Positions 10,473 to 20,997 are shown, numbered from the stretch's first letter. The stretch: DNA of 64,000 bases from Bacteroidales bacterium (GCA_003567205.1 PXAA01000123.1:9242-73241), one strand, 5' to 3'. The notes: a model not told the origin generated them from the letters alone. A program made the numbers and translations.

Positions 10473-11081
10473 TTACTTTTTCGCATTGAAATGCAGCTCC
10501 AGCAACCTTGCAACATATTTCCCGATCACATCAAACTCCAGGTTCACCACCGAGCCTGGTTTGAAATTACGGAAGTTGGTCACCTCGTAAGTATACGGGA
10601 TAATGGCCACCGAGAACATATTGGGCTCTGAGTCAACAACGGTGAGGCTGACGCCGTTCACCGAAATCGAACCCTTTTCAACGGTAATGTTTTTTGGGCC
10701 CGGATCGTATTCGAAAAAAAACTTCCAGCTGCCTTCAAGCTCTTCCACCCTGGTGCAAACGGCTGTCTGGTCTACATGACCCTGGACAATATGCCCGTCG
10801 AGGCGGTCATCGGCGCGCATGCAGCGCTCCAGGTTGACCTCATATCCCACCTCCCATGTGCGCATATTGGTTTTGTCGAGGGTTTCCTGTATAGCCGTTA
10901 GGATGTATTGATTTTTTTCCTTATCGACATGAACCGTGGTCAGGCAGACCCCGTCGTGTGAAACACTCTGATCAATTTTCAATTCTTTGGCAATAGGTGT
11001 TTCAATGGTGAAATGTATATTGCCGCGGTCTTTTTCAATCTTTACAACCTTGCCGGTTGTTTCTACGATTCCGGTAAACAT
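10473..11081 (-). CDS. ribE: Riboflavin synthase alpha subunit
   Basis: Starts MFTGIVETTGKV and shows the duplicated lumazine-binding repeat pattern (SVSHDGVCLTV / SISVNGVSLTV). Confidence 0.9.
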   Translation of the reverse strand: MFTGIVETTGKVVKIEKDRGNIHFTIETPIAKELKIDQSVSHDGVCLTTVHVDKEKNQYILTAIQETLDKTNMRTWEVGYEVNLERCMRADDRLDGHIVQGHVDQTAVCTRVEELEGSWKFFFEYDPGPKNITVEKGSISVNGVSLTVVDSEPNMFSVAIIPYTYEVTNFRNFKPGSVVNLEFDVIGKYVARLLELHFNAKK

Positions 11082-11113
11082 ATTCGCTCGGGTTTTTGTG
11101 TGTCATTGTTGTG

Positions 11114-11121
11114 CAAATGTA
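11114..11121 (-). promoter_or_regulatory. -7 promoter box TACATTTG upstream of ribE
   Basis: TAnnTTTG on the minus strand, 33 nt before the ribE ATG. Confidence 0.4.
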
Positions 11122-11297
11122 CATACATTTCAGGAAACAAATGCAGCGTTAGCAGATGTGTTTATTTTAACACTTTTTATTCTTTTTTTGTGTTATCTTA
11201 TAAAACATATTGCCGACTTTTGAGTTCTATAATTAGACAGTTTGCCCGATACGCATTGAATGAACTTCATGTTGTTGTTTTGGTTAGTTGATTGGTG

Positions 11298-11325
11298 ACC
11301 CCGGAGTTTTAAAGAGCTCCGGGGT
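11298..11325. terminator. Hairpin downstream of the pepP-like gene
   Basis: 9-bp stem ACCCCGGAG / CTCCGGGGT located 20 nt after the stop. The T-run lies on the + strand side only. Confidence 0.45.
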
Positions 11326-11345
11326 TTATTTTTATCCCATGTTTT

Positions 11346-12770
11346 TCACCGCCTCCCGGCCATGATCTGTTCAATGTCTGCTATGGTCTTAGGTATGGGA
11401 CGGCCCAATACGCGATAACCCTCGCCGGTTACCAGCACATCATCTTCAATCCTGACACCGCCGAAATCCAGGTATGATCTTACTTTGGTATAGTCGATAT
11501 ACTCCTTGAATTTTCCCTCTTGTTCCCATTTGTCCACCAAGGCAGGTATAAAATAAATGCCAGGTTCCACCGTAAGCACAAATCCGTTTTGCAGTTTTCG
11601 CCCCAGGCGCAAAAATGCCGTTCCAAAGATACCGGAGCGCTTCACTTCATTATCGTAGCCTACATAATCCTCGCCCAGATCTTCCATATCATGTACATCC
11701 AGACCCATCATATGCCCCAGGCCATGTGGCATAAAAAGGGCATGGGCACCCAGTTCAACGGCTTGTTCCACATCACCCTTCATCAAACCAAGGCTTTTCA
11801 GCCCCCGGGCAATCACCCCGGCAGCAAGCATATGTATGCTTTTAAACGTCTTTCCGGGCCTGATGGAACCAATCGCCTGCAACTGGGCATCCAGCACGAT
11901 CTCATAGATGCTTTTCTGGCGGTCGGTAAACCGGCCGCTTACAGGCATGGTACGTGTATGGTCGGTGGCATAATGCATGGCCGTTTCCGCTCCGCCGTCC
12001 ATCAGAAGCAGCCTCCCTTCTTCCAGTTTGTTGTTGTGTGCATGGTTATGCAGGGTTTCGCCATGAATGGAAAGGATCAGCGGAAATGACAACATGCCGC
12101 CGGCAGAAATGGCAATGCCTTCAATTACACCGGCAATTTCATGTTCATATACCCCGGGGCGGGCCATCTTCATGGCCGTAGTATGCATCAGCCAGGCCAC
12201 TTCCATGGCTTTCTCTATTTCAGCAATCTCCTGTGGTTCTTTCACCGAACGAAGTGCCACGATGGCCCCGATCAATTCCACCGAGGCCATGGATGCCTGT
12301 TCACTGGTGTTGATGCCCAGCAGTTTTTCCAACAATAATTTATTTTCTGCCCGGTATGGCGGCAAAAAATGAACGGGGCGCTTTTCACGAATGGCTTTTT
12401 CGAGTGTATCTGCAAGCTTGTCAAATGCCATGGTTTGATCTACGCCGGCATCTTTTGCCCGTTCGGCCAACGATGCCTGTGGCCCCATCCAGATAATATC
12501 ATCCAGGCTGTAATCATCGCCGAAAATAATATCATTGCCGCTGTCCACATCAATCACCCCAGCCAGGCCCTGCTGGTCCAGGCCAAAAAAGTACAGAAAA
12601 TTGCTGTCCTGCCTGAAGCGATATGTATTGCTGCGATAATTCATGGGAACATCCACATTGCCCAGGATCAGAACAATCCCTTTTTTAATATTTTTCCGCA
12701 AGTGGTCCCTTCTGCTTGTGTAAGTCTTTTTGTCGAACATGATTATTGGGTTTTGACTGTGTTTTTTCAA
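11346..12770 (-). CDS. pepP: Xaa-Pro aminopeptidase (M24B, with AMP_N N-terminal domain)
   Basis: Carries the metal-ligand motifs HGLGHMMGLDVHD, EPGIYF and GVRIEDD. An alternative start is the ATG at 12740 (MFDKKTY). Confidence 0.8.
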   Translation of the reverse strand: MKKHSQNPIIMFDKKTYTSRRDHLRKNIKKGIVLILGNVDVPMNYRSNTYRFRQDSNFLYFFGLDQQGLAGVIDVDSGNDIIFGDDYSLDDIIWMGPQASLAERAKDAGVDQTMAFDKLADTLEKAIREKRPVHFLPPYRAENKLLLEKLLGINTSEQASMASVELIGAIVALRSVKEPQEIAEIEKAMEVAWLMHTTAMKMARPGVYEHEIAGVIEGIAISAGGMLSFPLILSIHGETLHNHAHNNKLEEGRLLLMDGGAETAMHYATDHTRTMPVSGRFTDRQKSIYEIVLDAQLQAIGSIRPGKTFKSIHMLAAGVIARGLKSLGLMKGDVEQAVELGAHALFMPHGLGHMMGLDVHDMEDLGEDYVGYDNEVKRSGIFGTAFLRLGRKLQNGFVLTVEPGIYFIPALVDKWEQEGKFKEYIDYTKVRSYLDFGGVRIEDDVLVTGEGYRVLGRPIPKTIADIEQIMAGRR

Positions 12771-12873
12771 AAATACAACTTTGATACAGACAGCAGAAAG
12801 AAAGACAAACGGTGCGTGTTATTTAAAACCATTTCAAATAGTTGGCCCACTTGGAAAGTATAAACAGAGTTGA

Positions 12874-12881
12874 TATATTTG
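12874..12881 (+). promoter_or_regulatory. -7 promoter box TATATTTG upstream of sdhC
   Basis: TAnnTTTG 55 nt before the ATG. Confidence 0.45.
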
Positions 12882-12935
12882 TTCGCGACCCTTATTTTTA
12901 CTTAAATTTCTTGTCCAAATCATTAAGCCAAGCCC

Positions 12936-13613
12936 ATGAAGAAGCCAATACTCAATCTTTCATCACTCAGCCAAAAGTACATCATGGCCCTTGCGGGGAT
13001 TTTCCTGATGCTTTTTCTGATCTTCCACCTGGCCACCAATCTTTTGATGCTGGCCAGAGACGATGGCGAAGCCTTCAGTGAAGCGGTTAAATTCCTCACC
13101 GAAAACCCGGTCGTCAAAATCATGGAATACTTTCTGTTTGCAGGTTTTTTAATTCACATCATACTGGGTTTATTGCTTAAGCTCCAAAATTACATGGCCC
13201 GCCCGGTGAAATACCATAAATCACTGCAAACCGAAACGTCTACATTCTCCCGTTTTATGTTTCATACGGGCGTTATTATCCTGATTTTTTTGATTATCCA
13301 CCTGATCAATTTCTTCTTCGTAAGACTTGGGTGGGTTCCCATACCCGGCGAAGCAGGAGAAGTTGCCAACAAACATGATTTTTACAGCATGGCCCAAATC
13401 TGGTTCAAGAATCCCTGGTATTCAGCGATTTACCTTGTTTCATTTGTCTTTTTGGGTTTCCACCTGAAGCACGCCTTTCAGTCTGCATTCCAATCACTCG
13501 GGCTGAACCACACCAAGTATACCCCGGTCATAAAGGTGATTGGCACCATATATGCCATAGCCATCAGCGTTGGGTTTGCCATCATCCCGGTGTATTTCTA
13601 CTTTTTTCACTAA
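12936..13613 (+). CDS. sdhC: Succinate dehydrogenase / fumarate reductase cytochrome b subunit (Bacteroidota type)
   Basis: Five-TM protein of 225 aa, placed first in the sdhCAB order typical of Bacteroides. Confidence 0.8.
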   Translation: MKKPILNLSSLSQKYIMALAGIFLMLFLIFHLATNLLMLARDDGEAFSEAVKFLTENPVVKIMEYFLFAGFLIHIILGLLLKLQNYMARPVKYHKSLQTETSTFSRFMFHTGVIILIFLIIHLINFFFVRLGWVPIPGEAGEVANKHDFYSMAQIWFKNPWYSAIYLVSFVFLGFHLKHAFQSAFQSLGLNHTKYTPVIKVIGTIYAIAISVGFAIIPVYFYFFH

Positions 13614-13650
13614 AAACTGATTTTCTTATCCAATAATAAATAACAAAGCG

Positions 13651-15570
13651 ATGCAAAAGCTTGATTCAAAAATTCCCGAAGGACCATTGGCGGAAAAGTG
13701 GAGTCGGTACAAAGCCGGGTTGCGCCTGGTAAACCCTGCCAACAAGAAAAAGATAGACATCATTGTGGTGGGGACCGGCCTGGCCGGGGCAGGTACCGCC
13801 AGTGCCCTGGGTGAACTTGGATACAATGTAAAGGTTTTCTGTTTCCAGGATTCCCCACGCAGGGCACACTCAGTAGCTGCACAGGGCGGTATCAATGCCG
13901 CAAAAAATTATAAGAACGACAACGATTCAGTGTACCGCTTGTTTCACGACATGGTGAAAGGAGGCGATTATCGTGCCCGCGAAGCAAATGTTTACCGTGC
14001 TGCTGAAGTCAGCAATGATGTCATTGACCACTTCACCGCCCTGGGCGTTCCTTTTGCCCGCGATTATGGCGGGTCATTAGATACCCGCTCTTTTGGCGGG
14101 GTCCAGGTATCACGTACATTTTATGCCAAGGGACAGACAGGGCAACAATGTTTGCTGGGGACCTATTCCTCGCTCAACCGTCAGATCGCCAAGGGGACGG
14201 TGAAAATGTTCCCCCGGCGCGACATGCTGGATGTGGTGATCATCGACGGCAAAGCCAGGGGCATCATTACACGGAACCTGCTTACGGGGGAACTCGAACG
14301 CCACTCGGCACATGCCGTGGTACTTGCCACTGGTGGCTACGGCACTGTTTTCTATCTTTCAACACTTGGCTTGGGTAGCAATGCATCTGCCGCATGGAGC
14401 GCCTACAAGAAGGGCGCCCTGTTTGCCAACCCCAGTTTTATCCAGATCCATCCCACCAGCATACCGGTACTCAACGATTACCAGTGTAAACTGACCCTTA
14501 TGTCTGAATCGCTCAGAAACGACGGACGGGTATGGGTGCCCAAAGAAAAAGGCGATAAACGGCATCCAGGTGAGATTCCGGAAGAAGAAAGGGATTATTA
14601 TCTTGAAAGGCGGTATCCGGCATTTGGCAACCTGGTACCCCGTGATGTGGCATCGCGTGCTGCCAAAGAGCGTTGCGATGCCGGCTATGGCGTGGGCGAT
14701 ACCGGCCTGTCAGTCTATCTTGATTTTAAAGATGCTATCGAAAAACAAGGGCAAAAGGCCATTAAAGACAAATACGGCAACCTTTTTGAAATGTACGAAA
14801 AGATCACCGGCATCAACCCCTACACCCAGCCAATGCGCATTTATCCGGCAGGTCACTATACCATGGGCGGATTGTGGGTAGACTATAACCTGATGACAAC
14901 CATACCGGGTCTGTATGCCATCGGGGAAAGCAATTTTTCTGATCATGGAGCCAACCGTTTGGGAGCCAGTTCGCTGATGCAATGTTGCGGCGACGGCTAT
15001 TTCATCCTGCCAAATACCATCGGCCACTACCTTGCCGACGATATCCGGACAGGAAAGATACCTGCGGATGACCCCGCTTTTGAAGAAGCCGAAAAAACAG
15101 TGGCAGACCGCATCCAGCGTATCATAGCTGTAGGCGGCAAAGAAACCGCTTCTTCCTTCCACAAGCGGTTGGGCAAGATTATGTGGGATCACTGCGGCAT
15201 GCGGCGCGACGCCGAAGGATTGAAAAAAGGAATGGAATTGCTAAAGCAACTGGAAGAAGAGTTCTGGAAGAATATCTGCATCCCGGGCAGCGAAAAAGAC
15301 TTGAACCAGGAGCTCGAAAAAGCGCTGAAAGTGGCCGATTTCTTTGAAGTGGGCATGCTTATGTGCGAAGATGCCCTGCAAAGAGAAGAATCGTGTGGGG
15401 CCCACTTCCGCGAAGAACACCAGACCGAAACCGGTGAAGCCAGGCGCGACGATGCCAACTTTGCTTATGTGGGTGCGTGGGAATACCTCGGCCCAAAAGC
15501 AAAACCAAAACTATATAAAGAAGCACTCAGGTTTGAGTTTGTCGAATTGAAGGAGCGGAGTTATAAATAA
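13651..15570 (+). CDS. sdhA: Succinate dehydrogenase / fumarate reductase flavoprotein subunit
   Basis: Shows the FAD motif [10 protein letters not shown], the HSVAAQGGI covalent-FAD His region, and HYTMGG. Confidence 0.9.
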   Translation: MQKLDSKIPEGPLAEKWSRYKAGLRLVNPANKKKIDIIVVGTGLAGAGTASALGELGYNVKVFCFQDSPRRAHSVAAQGGINAAKNYKNDNDSVYRLFHDMVKGGDYRAREANVYRAAEVSNDVIDHFTALGVPFARDYGGSLDTRSFGGVQVSRTFYAKGQTGQQCLLGTYSSLNRQIAKGTVKMFPRRDMLDVVIIDGKARGIITRNLLTGELERHSAHAVVLATGGYGTVFYLSTLGLGSNASAAWSAYKKGALFANPSFIQIHPTSIPVLNDYQCKLTLMSESLRNDGRVWVPKEKGDKRHPGEIPEEERDYYLERRYPAFGNLVPRDVASRAAKERCDAGYGVGDTGLSVYLDFKDAIEKQGQKAIKDKYGNLFEMYEKITGINPYTQPMRIYPAGHYTMGGLWVDYNLMTTIPGLYAIGESNFSDHGANRLGASSLMQCCGDGYFILPNTIGHYLADDIRTGKIPADDPAFEEAEKTVADRIQRIIAVGGKETASSFHKRLGKIMWDHCGMRRDAEGLKKGMELLKQLEEEFWKNICIPGSEKDLNQELEKALKVADFFEVGMLMCEDALQREESCGAHFREEHQTETGEARRDDANFAYVGAWEYLGPKAKPKLYKEALRFEFVELKERSYK

Positions 15571-15590
15571 GCCTTTAACATCTTGAAAAA

Positions 15591-16346
<756 letters not shown>

Positions 16347-16509
16347 ATCAATTACTGGCCATGCCTCGCATGCTGCACATATTCCGGTCTGCCCTGACGA
16401 AATAGCTATATTTCCCAGTCAACCTATGTGCAGGAGTGCTTTTCCTGTATATATGCATAAAAATTATATGAAAAACCTAGAATATACTAGGATATATTTA
16501 TATATTTCT

Positions 16510-16517
16510 TACATTTG
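16510..16517 (+). promoter_or_regulatory. -7 promoter box TACATTTG upstream of the first ArsR gene
   Basis: TAnnTTTG 40 nt before the ATG. Confidence 0.4.
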
Positions 16518-16556
16518 TGAAAAGCACGGTTTAAACGAACTAAAAATATCAGCGTT

Positions 16557-16850
16557 ATGGCCGATCCGAAACTTGATCCCAAAAAACTGGAAGAGGCGGC
16601 AAGCAAACTGCGGGCCATCGCCCATCCCATGCGCATTGCAATCATTGGCCTCCTGGAGAAAAAAGAGCAGATGAATGTAACACAGATCTACGAAGCCCTG
16701 AAAATTGAACAAGCCTCCGCTTCGCACCACTTGAATATTTTAAAAACCAAAGGGGTGCTTGACTCCCGGCGCAGCGGTAAAAACACATTTTATTTTCTGA
16801 AACATGAAGCCCTCAGTCAGATGATTGACTGTCTGAACAGGTGCCATTAG
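16557..16850 (+). CDS. ArsR/SmtB-family transcriptional regulator (no CVC site; C-terminal CLNRCH)
   Basis: Winged-helix pattern: LRAIAHPMRIAIIGLL ... TQIYEAL ... QASASHHLNILKTKGVL. Confidence 0.8.
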   Translation: MADPKLDPKKLEEAASKLRAIAHPMRIAIIGLLEKKEQMNVTQIYEALKIEQASASHHLNILKTKGVLDSRRSGKNTFYFLKHEALSQMIDCLNRCH

Positions 16851-16891
16851 GTTAAGTAAGTAATTGGTGTTTAGCATTTAGTAATTAGTCG
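16847..16891 (+). repeat. Degenerate 7-nt tandem array (TTAGnnn type) starting at the ArsR-1 stop codon
   Basis: In-phase units are TTAGGTT AAGTAAG TAATTGG TGTTTAG CATTTAG TAATTAG. The core re-phases as TTAGCAT TTAGTAA TTAGTCG. Confidence 0.5.
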
Positions 16892-16957
16892 TCCAGGGTT
16901 GGGAGATGCTTGCTGTTTATTAATTGCTGATAATTTCATTATTTAGTAAAATACCAG

Positions 16958-17254
16958 GTGAGTTCCAGGGATCAATATACGGAAGCCAATATTCAGATTG
17001 CCAAGTTTTGCAAGGCACTCGCCCACCCTGCCAGAATAACCATCATTCAATTGTTGTTAAGCAAAGATTCGTGTGTCTGTGGTGATATTGTAAAAGAAAT
17101 TCCACTGGCCCAATCTACCGTTTCACAGCATTTAAAGGAGCTCAAAAAAACAGGACTCATACAAGGCAACATTACCCCGCCTCAGGTTAAATATTGTATT
17201 AACAAAGAAAACTGGCAAACCCTTCGCGAAAGTCTTAAATCATTAATAAAGTAG
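16958..17254 (+). CDS. ArsR-family metalloregulator with CVC arsenite-type site
   Basis: Reads CKALAHPARITIIQLL, SKDSCVCGDIV and QSTVSQHLKELKKTGLI. It uses a GTG start. Confidence 0.8.
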   Translation: MSSRDQYTEANIQIAKFCKALAHPARITIIQLLLSKDSCVCGDIVKEIPLAQSTVSQHLKELKKTGLIQGNITPPQVKYCINKENWQTLRESLKSLIK

Positions 17255-17275
17255 GTTTGGTGATTTCATAAGTTT

Positions 17276-17291
17276 ATCGTATTTTTGCGAT
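17276..17291 (+). promoter_or_regulatory. Extended promoter/operator motif ATCGTATTTTTGCGAT (contains the -7 box TATTTTTG)
   Basis: Matches the motif at 18961-18976 at 15 of 16 positions. It has an ATCG..CGAT inverted-end structure and lies 20 nt before the thioredoxin-like gene. Confidence 0.45.
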
Positions 17292-17310
17292 GTAGCAATA
17301 ATCGATCTAT

Positions 17311-17556
17311 ATGAAAATCATAGTATTGGGTAGTGGGTGCCCTACCTGTAAAAAACTTGAAGAAGCCACCATAAAGGCTGTTGCAGAATTGGACATCCCC
17401 GCCAGCGTCATCAAAGAAGAAGATTTTTCCGCCATGATGTCGTATGGGGTGATGCGCACTCCGGCACTTGTCATTAACGATAAGTTAGTGCTTAGTGGCC
17501 GTTTGCCTTCTGAAAAAGAGTTAAAAGAACTCATCCGCAATCATTCCGCTGAATAA
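17311..17556 (+). CDS. Small thioredoxin-fold protein (redox-active disulfide protein 2 / Thioredoxin_3 type)
   Basis: Starts MKIIVLGSGCPTCKKL with a CxxC motif and is 81 aa long. Confidence 0.75.
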   Translation: MKIIVLGSGCPTCKKLEEATIKAVAELDIPASVIKEEDFSAMMSYGVMRTPALVINDKLVLSGRLPSEKELKELIRNHSAE

Positions 17557-17573
17557 GCAACTGCTCAAACACA

Positions 17574-18878
17574 ATGGATCAAAAAAAAGAATTCAAGATA
17601 CTGGCCTGGCTTCTGGTATTTTTTCTGCTTGCCTATTTTATGCCGCTGGAAAAGGAAGTCTTTTCAGGAGCCATTTATGAGGCACTGTATCTTGTTCGGT
17701 GGTATGCCCGTGAACATATACTCTTATGCCTGATCCCTGCATTTTTCATTGCTGGCGTAATTGCCATTTTTGTTCAACAGGGGGCTGTGATCAAATACTT
17801 TGGGGCAAAGGTTGTCAAATGGAAATCATACCTGGTGGCATCTGTTTCCGGAATGATTCTTGCCGTATGCTCCTGCACCATACTGCCATTGTTTTCAGGA
17901 ATTCATAAAAGAGGGGCCGGCCTGGGACCCGCCATTGCCTTTTTGTATTCCGGACCGGCAATCAATATCCTGGCCATCATCCTGACCGCACGCATCCTTG
18001 GGCTGGAACTAGGCCTTGCACGTATAGCCGGTGCAGTAGTTTTTGCCGTTGTCATTGGATTGATGATGGCTTTCATTTTTCGAAAAGAGGAAAAACAGCG
18101 AACCGAAGAAGCCATGGATTTCCCTGAAACTGCTGAAGAAAGGCCAATGTGGCAAATCGCTGTTTTTTTCTTCTCACTGGTAGGAATCCTCATCTTTGCC
18201 AACTGGGGACAACCCGGAAGCAGCAATGGCCTTTGGTATTGGTTGTCAAATAACCAATGGGCCATCACCGCTGTATTTGGGCTGGTTTTTGCCCTGTCAT
18301 TGCTATTTATCATCCGGCTGAAACCTGCTTTTGTATTGGCCTCCGTAGCTGCAGTAGCCGTTTCCGCGGCATTCTGGCCCAATCAGCCGGTCATCCCCTT
18401 TACGGTGGGTTTTGTTGCACTGAGCATGATCACCGCCATGAGTCCCGGTGAACCGCGCGAATGGTTATTATCGACCTGGGAGTTTACCAAACAAATCATG
18501 CCGCTTCTGTTTATTGGCGTTTTTGTGGCTGGTTTCCTGCTGGGATCTGCCGAAGCAAATGGACAGGGGGTCATCCCAAATCATTGGGTTTCCGGCCTGG
18601 TTGGTGGAAACTCCCTGACGGCTAACTTATTTGCCTCATTGTTTGGTGCATTCATGTATTTTGCCACCCTCACAGAGGTACCCATCATACAGGGTTTGGT
18701 TAACAGCGGCATGGGAAAGGGACCCGCACTGGCCCTGTTGCTCGCCGGACCGGCCATCTCCCTGCCCAATATGTTGGTTATACGCAGTGTGCTGGGCACA
18801 AAAAAAACCATTGTCTTTATAACATTGGTTGTGATCATGGCCACTATAAGCGGGATGATCTATGGAAATTTATTTTAA
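17574..18878 (+). CDS. COG0701/DUF318 permease (ArsP-like putative organoarsenical/thiol-ligand permease)
   Basis: Polytopic membrane protein of 434 aa with a vicinal Cys motif, ILAVCSCTILPLF. The gene context is arsR followed by trx-like. Confidence 0.65.
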   Translation: MDQKKEFKILAWLLVFFLLAYFMPLEKEVFSGAIYEALYLVRWYAREHILLCLIPAFFIAGVIAIFVQQGAVIKYFGAKVVKWKSYLVASVSGMILAVCSCTILPLFSGIHKRGAGLGPAIAFLYSGPAINILAIILTARILGLELGLARIAGAVVFAVVIGLMMAFIFRKEEKQRTEEAMDFPETAEERPMWQIAVFFFSLVGILIFANWGQPGSSNGLWYWLSNNQWAITAVFGLVFALSLLFIIRLKPAFVLASVAAVAVSAAFWPNQPVIPFTVGFVALSMITAMSPGEPREWLLSTWEFTKQIMPLLFIGVFVAGFLLGSAEANGQGVIPNHWVSGLVGGNSLTANLFASLFGAFMYFATLTEVPIIQGLVNSGMGKGPALALLLAGPAISLPNMLVIRSVLGTKKTIVFITLVVIMATISGMIYGNLF

Positions 18879-18960
18879 TTTTTTTTTGAAAAGTACCGCG
18901 GCATCAAAAGCAATAAAATATTAATTTTATACATATTTTTTTTGTAGTTCAAAAATATAT

Positions 18961-18976
18961 ATCGTATATTTGCGAT
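18961..18976 (+). promoter_or_regulatory. Extended promoter/operator motif ATCGTATATTTGCGAT (contains the -7 box TATATTTG)
   Basis: Near-identical copy of the motif at 17276-17291, located 42 nt before the DUF1573 ATG. Confidence 0.45.
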
Positions 18977-19017
18977 TATTCGATACATTAAAATCAAGCA
19001 CCTTAAATCATTTACTT

Positions 19018-19425
19018 ATGATACAAAGAGTTTTTCCTTTGGCTGGCTTAATGATCTTGATTGCATTCTTTGCCAACGCCAATGATGATGGCAAAAAAGG
19101 GCCTCAACTCACGTTTGAGAATTCCAGGCACGACTATGGCACCGTTTATGTTGACGAGATGCCGGAAACCAAATTGGATATTAAATTCACCAATACAGGC
19201 GACGAACCCTTGGTATTGAGCAATGTGCGTGCTTGTTGCGGCACAAGGGTAACCCAATGGCCCAGGGAACCCATTTCGCCCGGCGAGGAGGGGATCATCA
19301 AAATAGAGTTCCGTCTGGCACCACGGCCACAAAGGATCAGTCGTTCAGTCACCGTAAACTACAACCATCCTGAACGGCCAATCGAAAGGTACCGCATAAC
19401 CGGCCAGGTGGTTGAAAGGGAATAA
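19018..19425 (+). CDS. DUF1573 domain-containing secreted protein
   Basis: Shows the signal peptide MIQRVFPLAGLMILIAFFANA and the motifs FENSRHDYGTV and FTNTGDEPLVLSNVRACCGT. I place the start at ATG 19018, not TTG 18970. Confidence 0.7.
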   Translation: MIQRVFPLAGLMILIAFFANANDDGKKGPQLTFENSRHDYGTVYVDEMPETKLDIKFTNTGDEPLVLSNVRACCGTRVTQWPREPISPGEEGIIKIEFRLAPRPQRISRSVTVNYNHPERPIERYRITGQVVERE

Positions 19426-19433
19426 TTTCTTGT

Positions 19434-20549
19434 ATGAAGTATATTGTTTGGCTATCACGGATTCTATTCGGGGGTATATTTATTTTCTCAGGCTTTGTAA
19501 AAGCCATTGACCCGCTTGGTTCTGCTTACAAGTTTCAGGATTATTTTCTGGCCTTCGGCATTGAATGGATGGTTTTCCTGGCTTTGCCCCTGGCCATTTT
19601 GCTTAGCACCCTCGAATTCATCATCGGGGTGGGGATATTGTTTGGGATTAAAATGCGATGGAGTGCCTGGGGTGGCTTGCTTTTTATGGCCTTTTTCACG
19701 CCACTTACACTTTATATCGCCATCACTGACCCCGTGCCCGATTGCGGATGTTTCGGCGATGCCATCATCATCAGCAACTGGGAAACATTTTATAAGAATG
19801 TCATTATCCTGGGGGCGGGCATCATTGTCTTTATATATCGTAATAAAATAAAACCACCCTGGTCAAAAACCATTGATCATGTGCTGATAATTCTTATCGC
19901 TGCAGGCATATTGTGGTTATCTGCATATTGCCTGCGCAATCTGCCCATTATTGATTTCCGCCCCTGGAAGGTGGGTAATGACGTTACCAAACTTGTGATG
20001 CCTGCAGAGGAAATAGCCGAAATATACCTGCTTTTTGAAAATCAGGAAACCGGCGAAATAAAAGAATATCCTTCTAACGACTTCCCCTGGGACGATCCCG
20101 AATGGACAGAAGTCTGGCAGTTTAAAGACCAGCGCAGAGAGATTATTCAACCTTACCAGGACGCCGAGATCGATGATTTCTATATTGAAGACGAATTTGG
20201 GAACGACCTTACCGATTTTTTCATCACCAAACCGGGATATCTCTTCATCATTGTGGCCCCTGACCTGCACCGTACAAACACAAAGGCATTCGAACAAAAA
20301 ATAGGCCCCCTGGCCAGGGAAGCTGAAAAACACGGATATCCTTTCATTGTATTGACAGGATCCGCATTTGAGGTTATTGAAGAATTCCGTCACGCTTATC
20401 AGACAACCTATCCCTTTTACCTCTCGGATGAAATCGAATTAAAAACCATTATCCGGTCAAATCCGGGCCTGGTTCTTATGAAAGAAGGGGTCGTTAAAGG
20501 CAAGTGGGCGCATCGCAACATCCCGCCATTTGACGAGATAATCAGGTAG
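19434..20549 (+). CDS. MauE/DoxX-type membrane protein fused to a Cys-less thioredoxin-like (TlpA-like) C-terminal domain
   Basis: The N-terminal four-TM region reads SRILFGGIFIFSGFVKAIDPLG and contains a CGCFG motif. The C-terminal approx. 200 aa have a TlpA-like pattern, with VAPDLHRTN in place of CxxC. Confidence 0.6.
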   Translation: MKYIVWLSRILFGGIFIFSGFVKAIDPLGSAYKFQDYFLAFGIEWMVFLALPLAILLSTLEFIIGVGILFGIKMRWSAWGGLLFMAFFTPLTLYIAITDPVPDCGCFGDAIIISNWETFYKNVIILGAGIIVFIYRNKIKPPWSKTIDHVLIILIAAGILWLSAYCLRNLPIIDFRPWKVGNDVTKLVMPAEEIAEIYLLFENQETGEIKEYPSNDFPWDDPEWTEVWQFKDQRREIIQPYQDAEIDDFYIEDEFGNDLTDFFITKPGYLFIIVAPDLHRTNTKAFEQKIGPLAREAEKHGYPFIVLTGSAFEVIEEFRHAYQTTYPFYLSDEIELKTIIRSNPGLVLMKEGVVKGKWAHRNIPPFDEIIR

Positions 20550-20997
20550 TCCTTTTGCTGTTGAAAAAATCTTTTAACAGGCTTGCAGCGGCCTGGCTTT
20601 CTATCCCTTTCTTTACTTTGGTCCTGGGATGCAACAACTGGTTCGAATATTTGGTAAAGCCATGTTTTTCGTCATCGGCGCTGTAAACGAGCTTGCCAAT
20701 CTGTGCCCAGTGTAAGGCACCGGCACACATTACACAGGGTTCCAGGGTTACATACAGGCTACACTGATCCAGGTATTTTCCTCCCAGGTGATTTGCTGCT
20801 GCGGTGATGGCCTGCATTTCGGCATGTGCCGTTACATCATTGAGTCGCTCCGTTAAGTTATGGGCCCGGGCAATAATGCGCCCATCGCAAACCACCACTG
20901 CACCCACCGGCACCTCATCAGCATCACGGCCTTTTTGGGCTTCTTTGAGGGCCTCGCGCATGAAGTGAGAATCAGAAAGCAATTTTTGGACAGACAT
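20542..20997 (-). CDS. tadA: tRNA adenosine(34) deaminase
   Basis: Carries the HAEMQAI and PCVMCAGA zinc motifs and is 151 aa long. Confidence 0.9.
   Translation of the reverse strand: MSVQKLLSDSHFMREALKEAQKGRDADEVPVGAVVVCDGRIIARAHNLTERLNDVTAHAEMQAITAAANHLGGKYLDQCSLYVTLEPCVMCAGALHWAQIGKLVYSADDEKHGFTKYSNQLLHPRTKVKKGIESQAAASLLKDFFNSKRTT

Noticed and set aside
11082-11345. A 264-bp gap upstream of ribE, checked for an FMN riboswitch.
   Set aside because: None of the conserved FMN-element blocks (such as the GGATAGT / GGTGAAATTCC-like segments) are present on the minus strand. I found only a TACATTTG -7 box and a downstream-gene hairpin.
16476-16491. CCTAG-N6-CTAGG inverted repeat upstream of ArsR-1, considered as an ArsR operator.
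   Set aside because: The arms are only 5 bp in very AT-rich DNA, there is no second copy elsewhere in the locus, and it is indistinguishable from chance.
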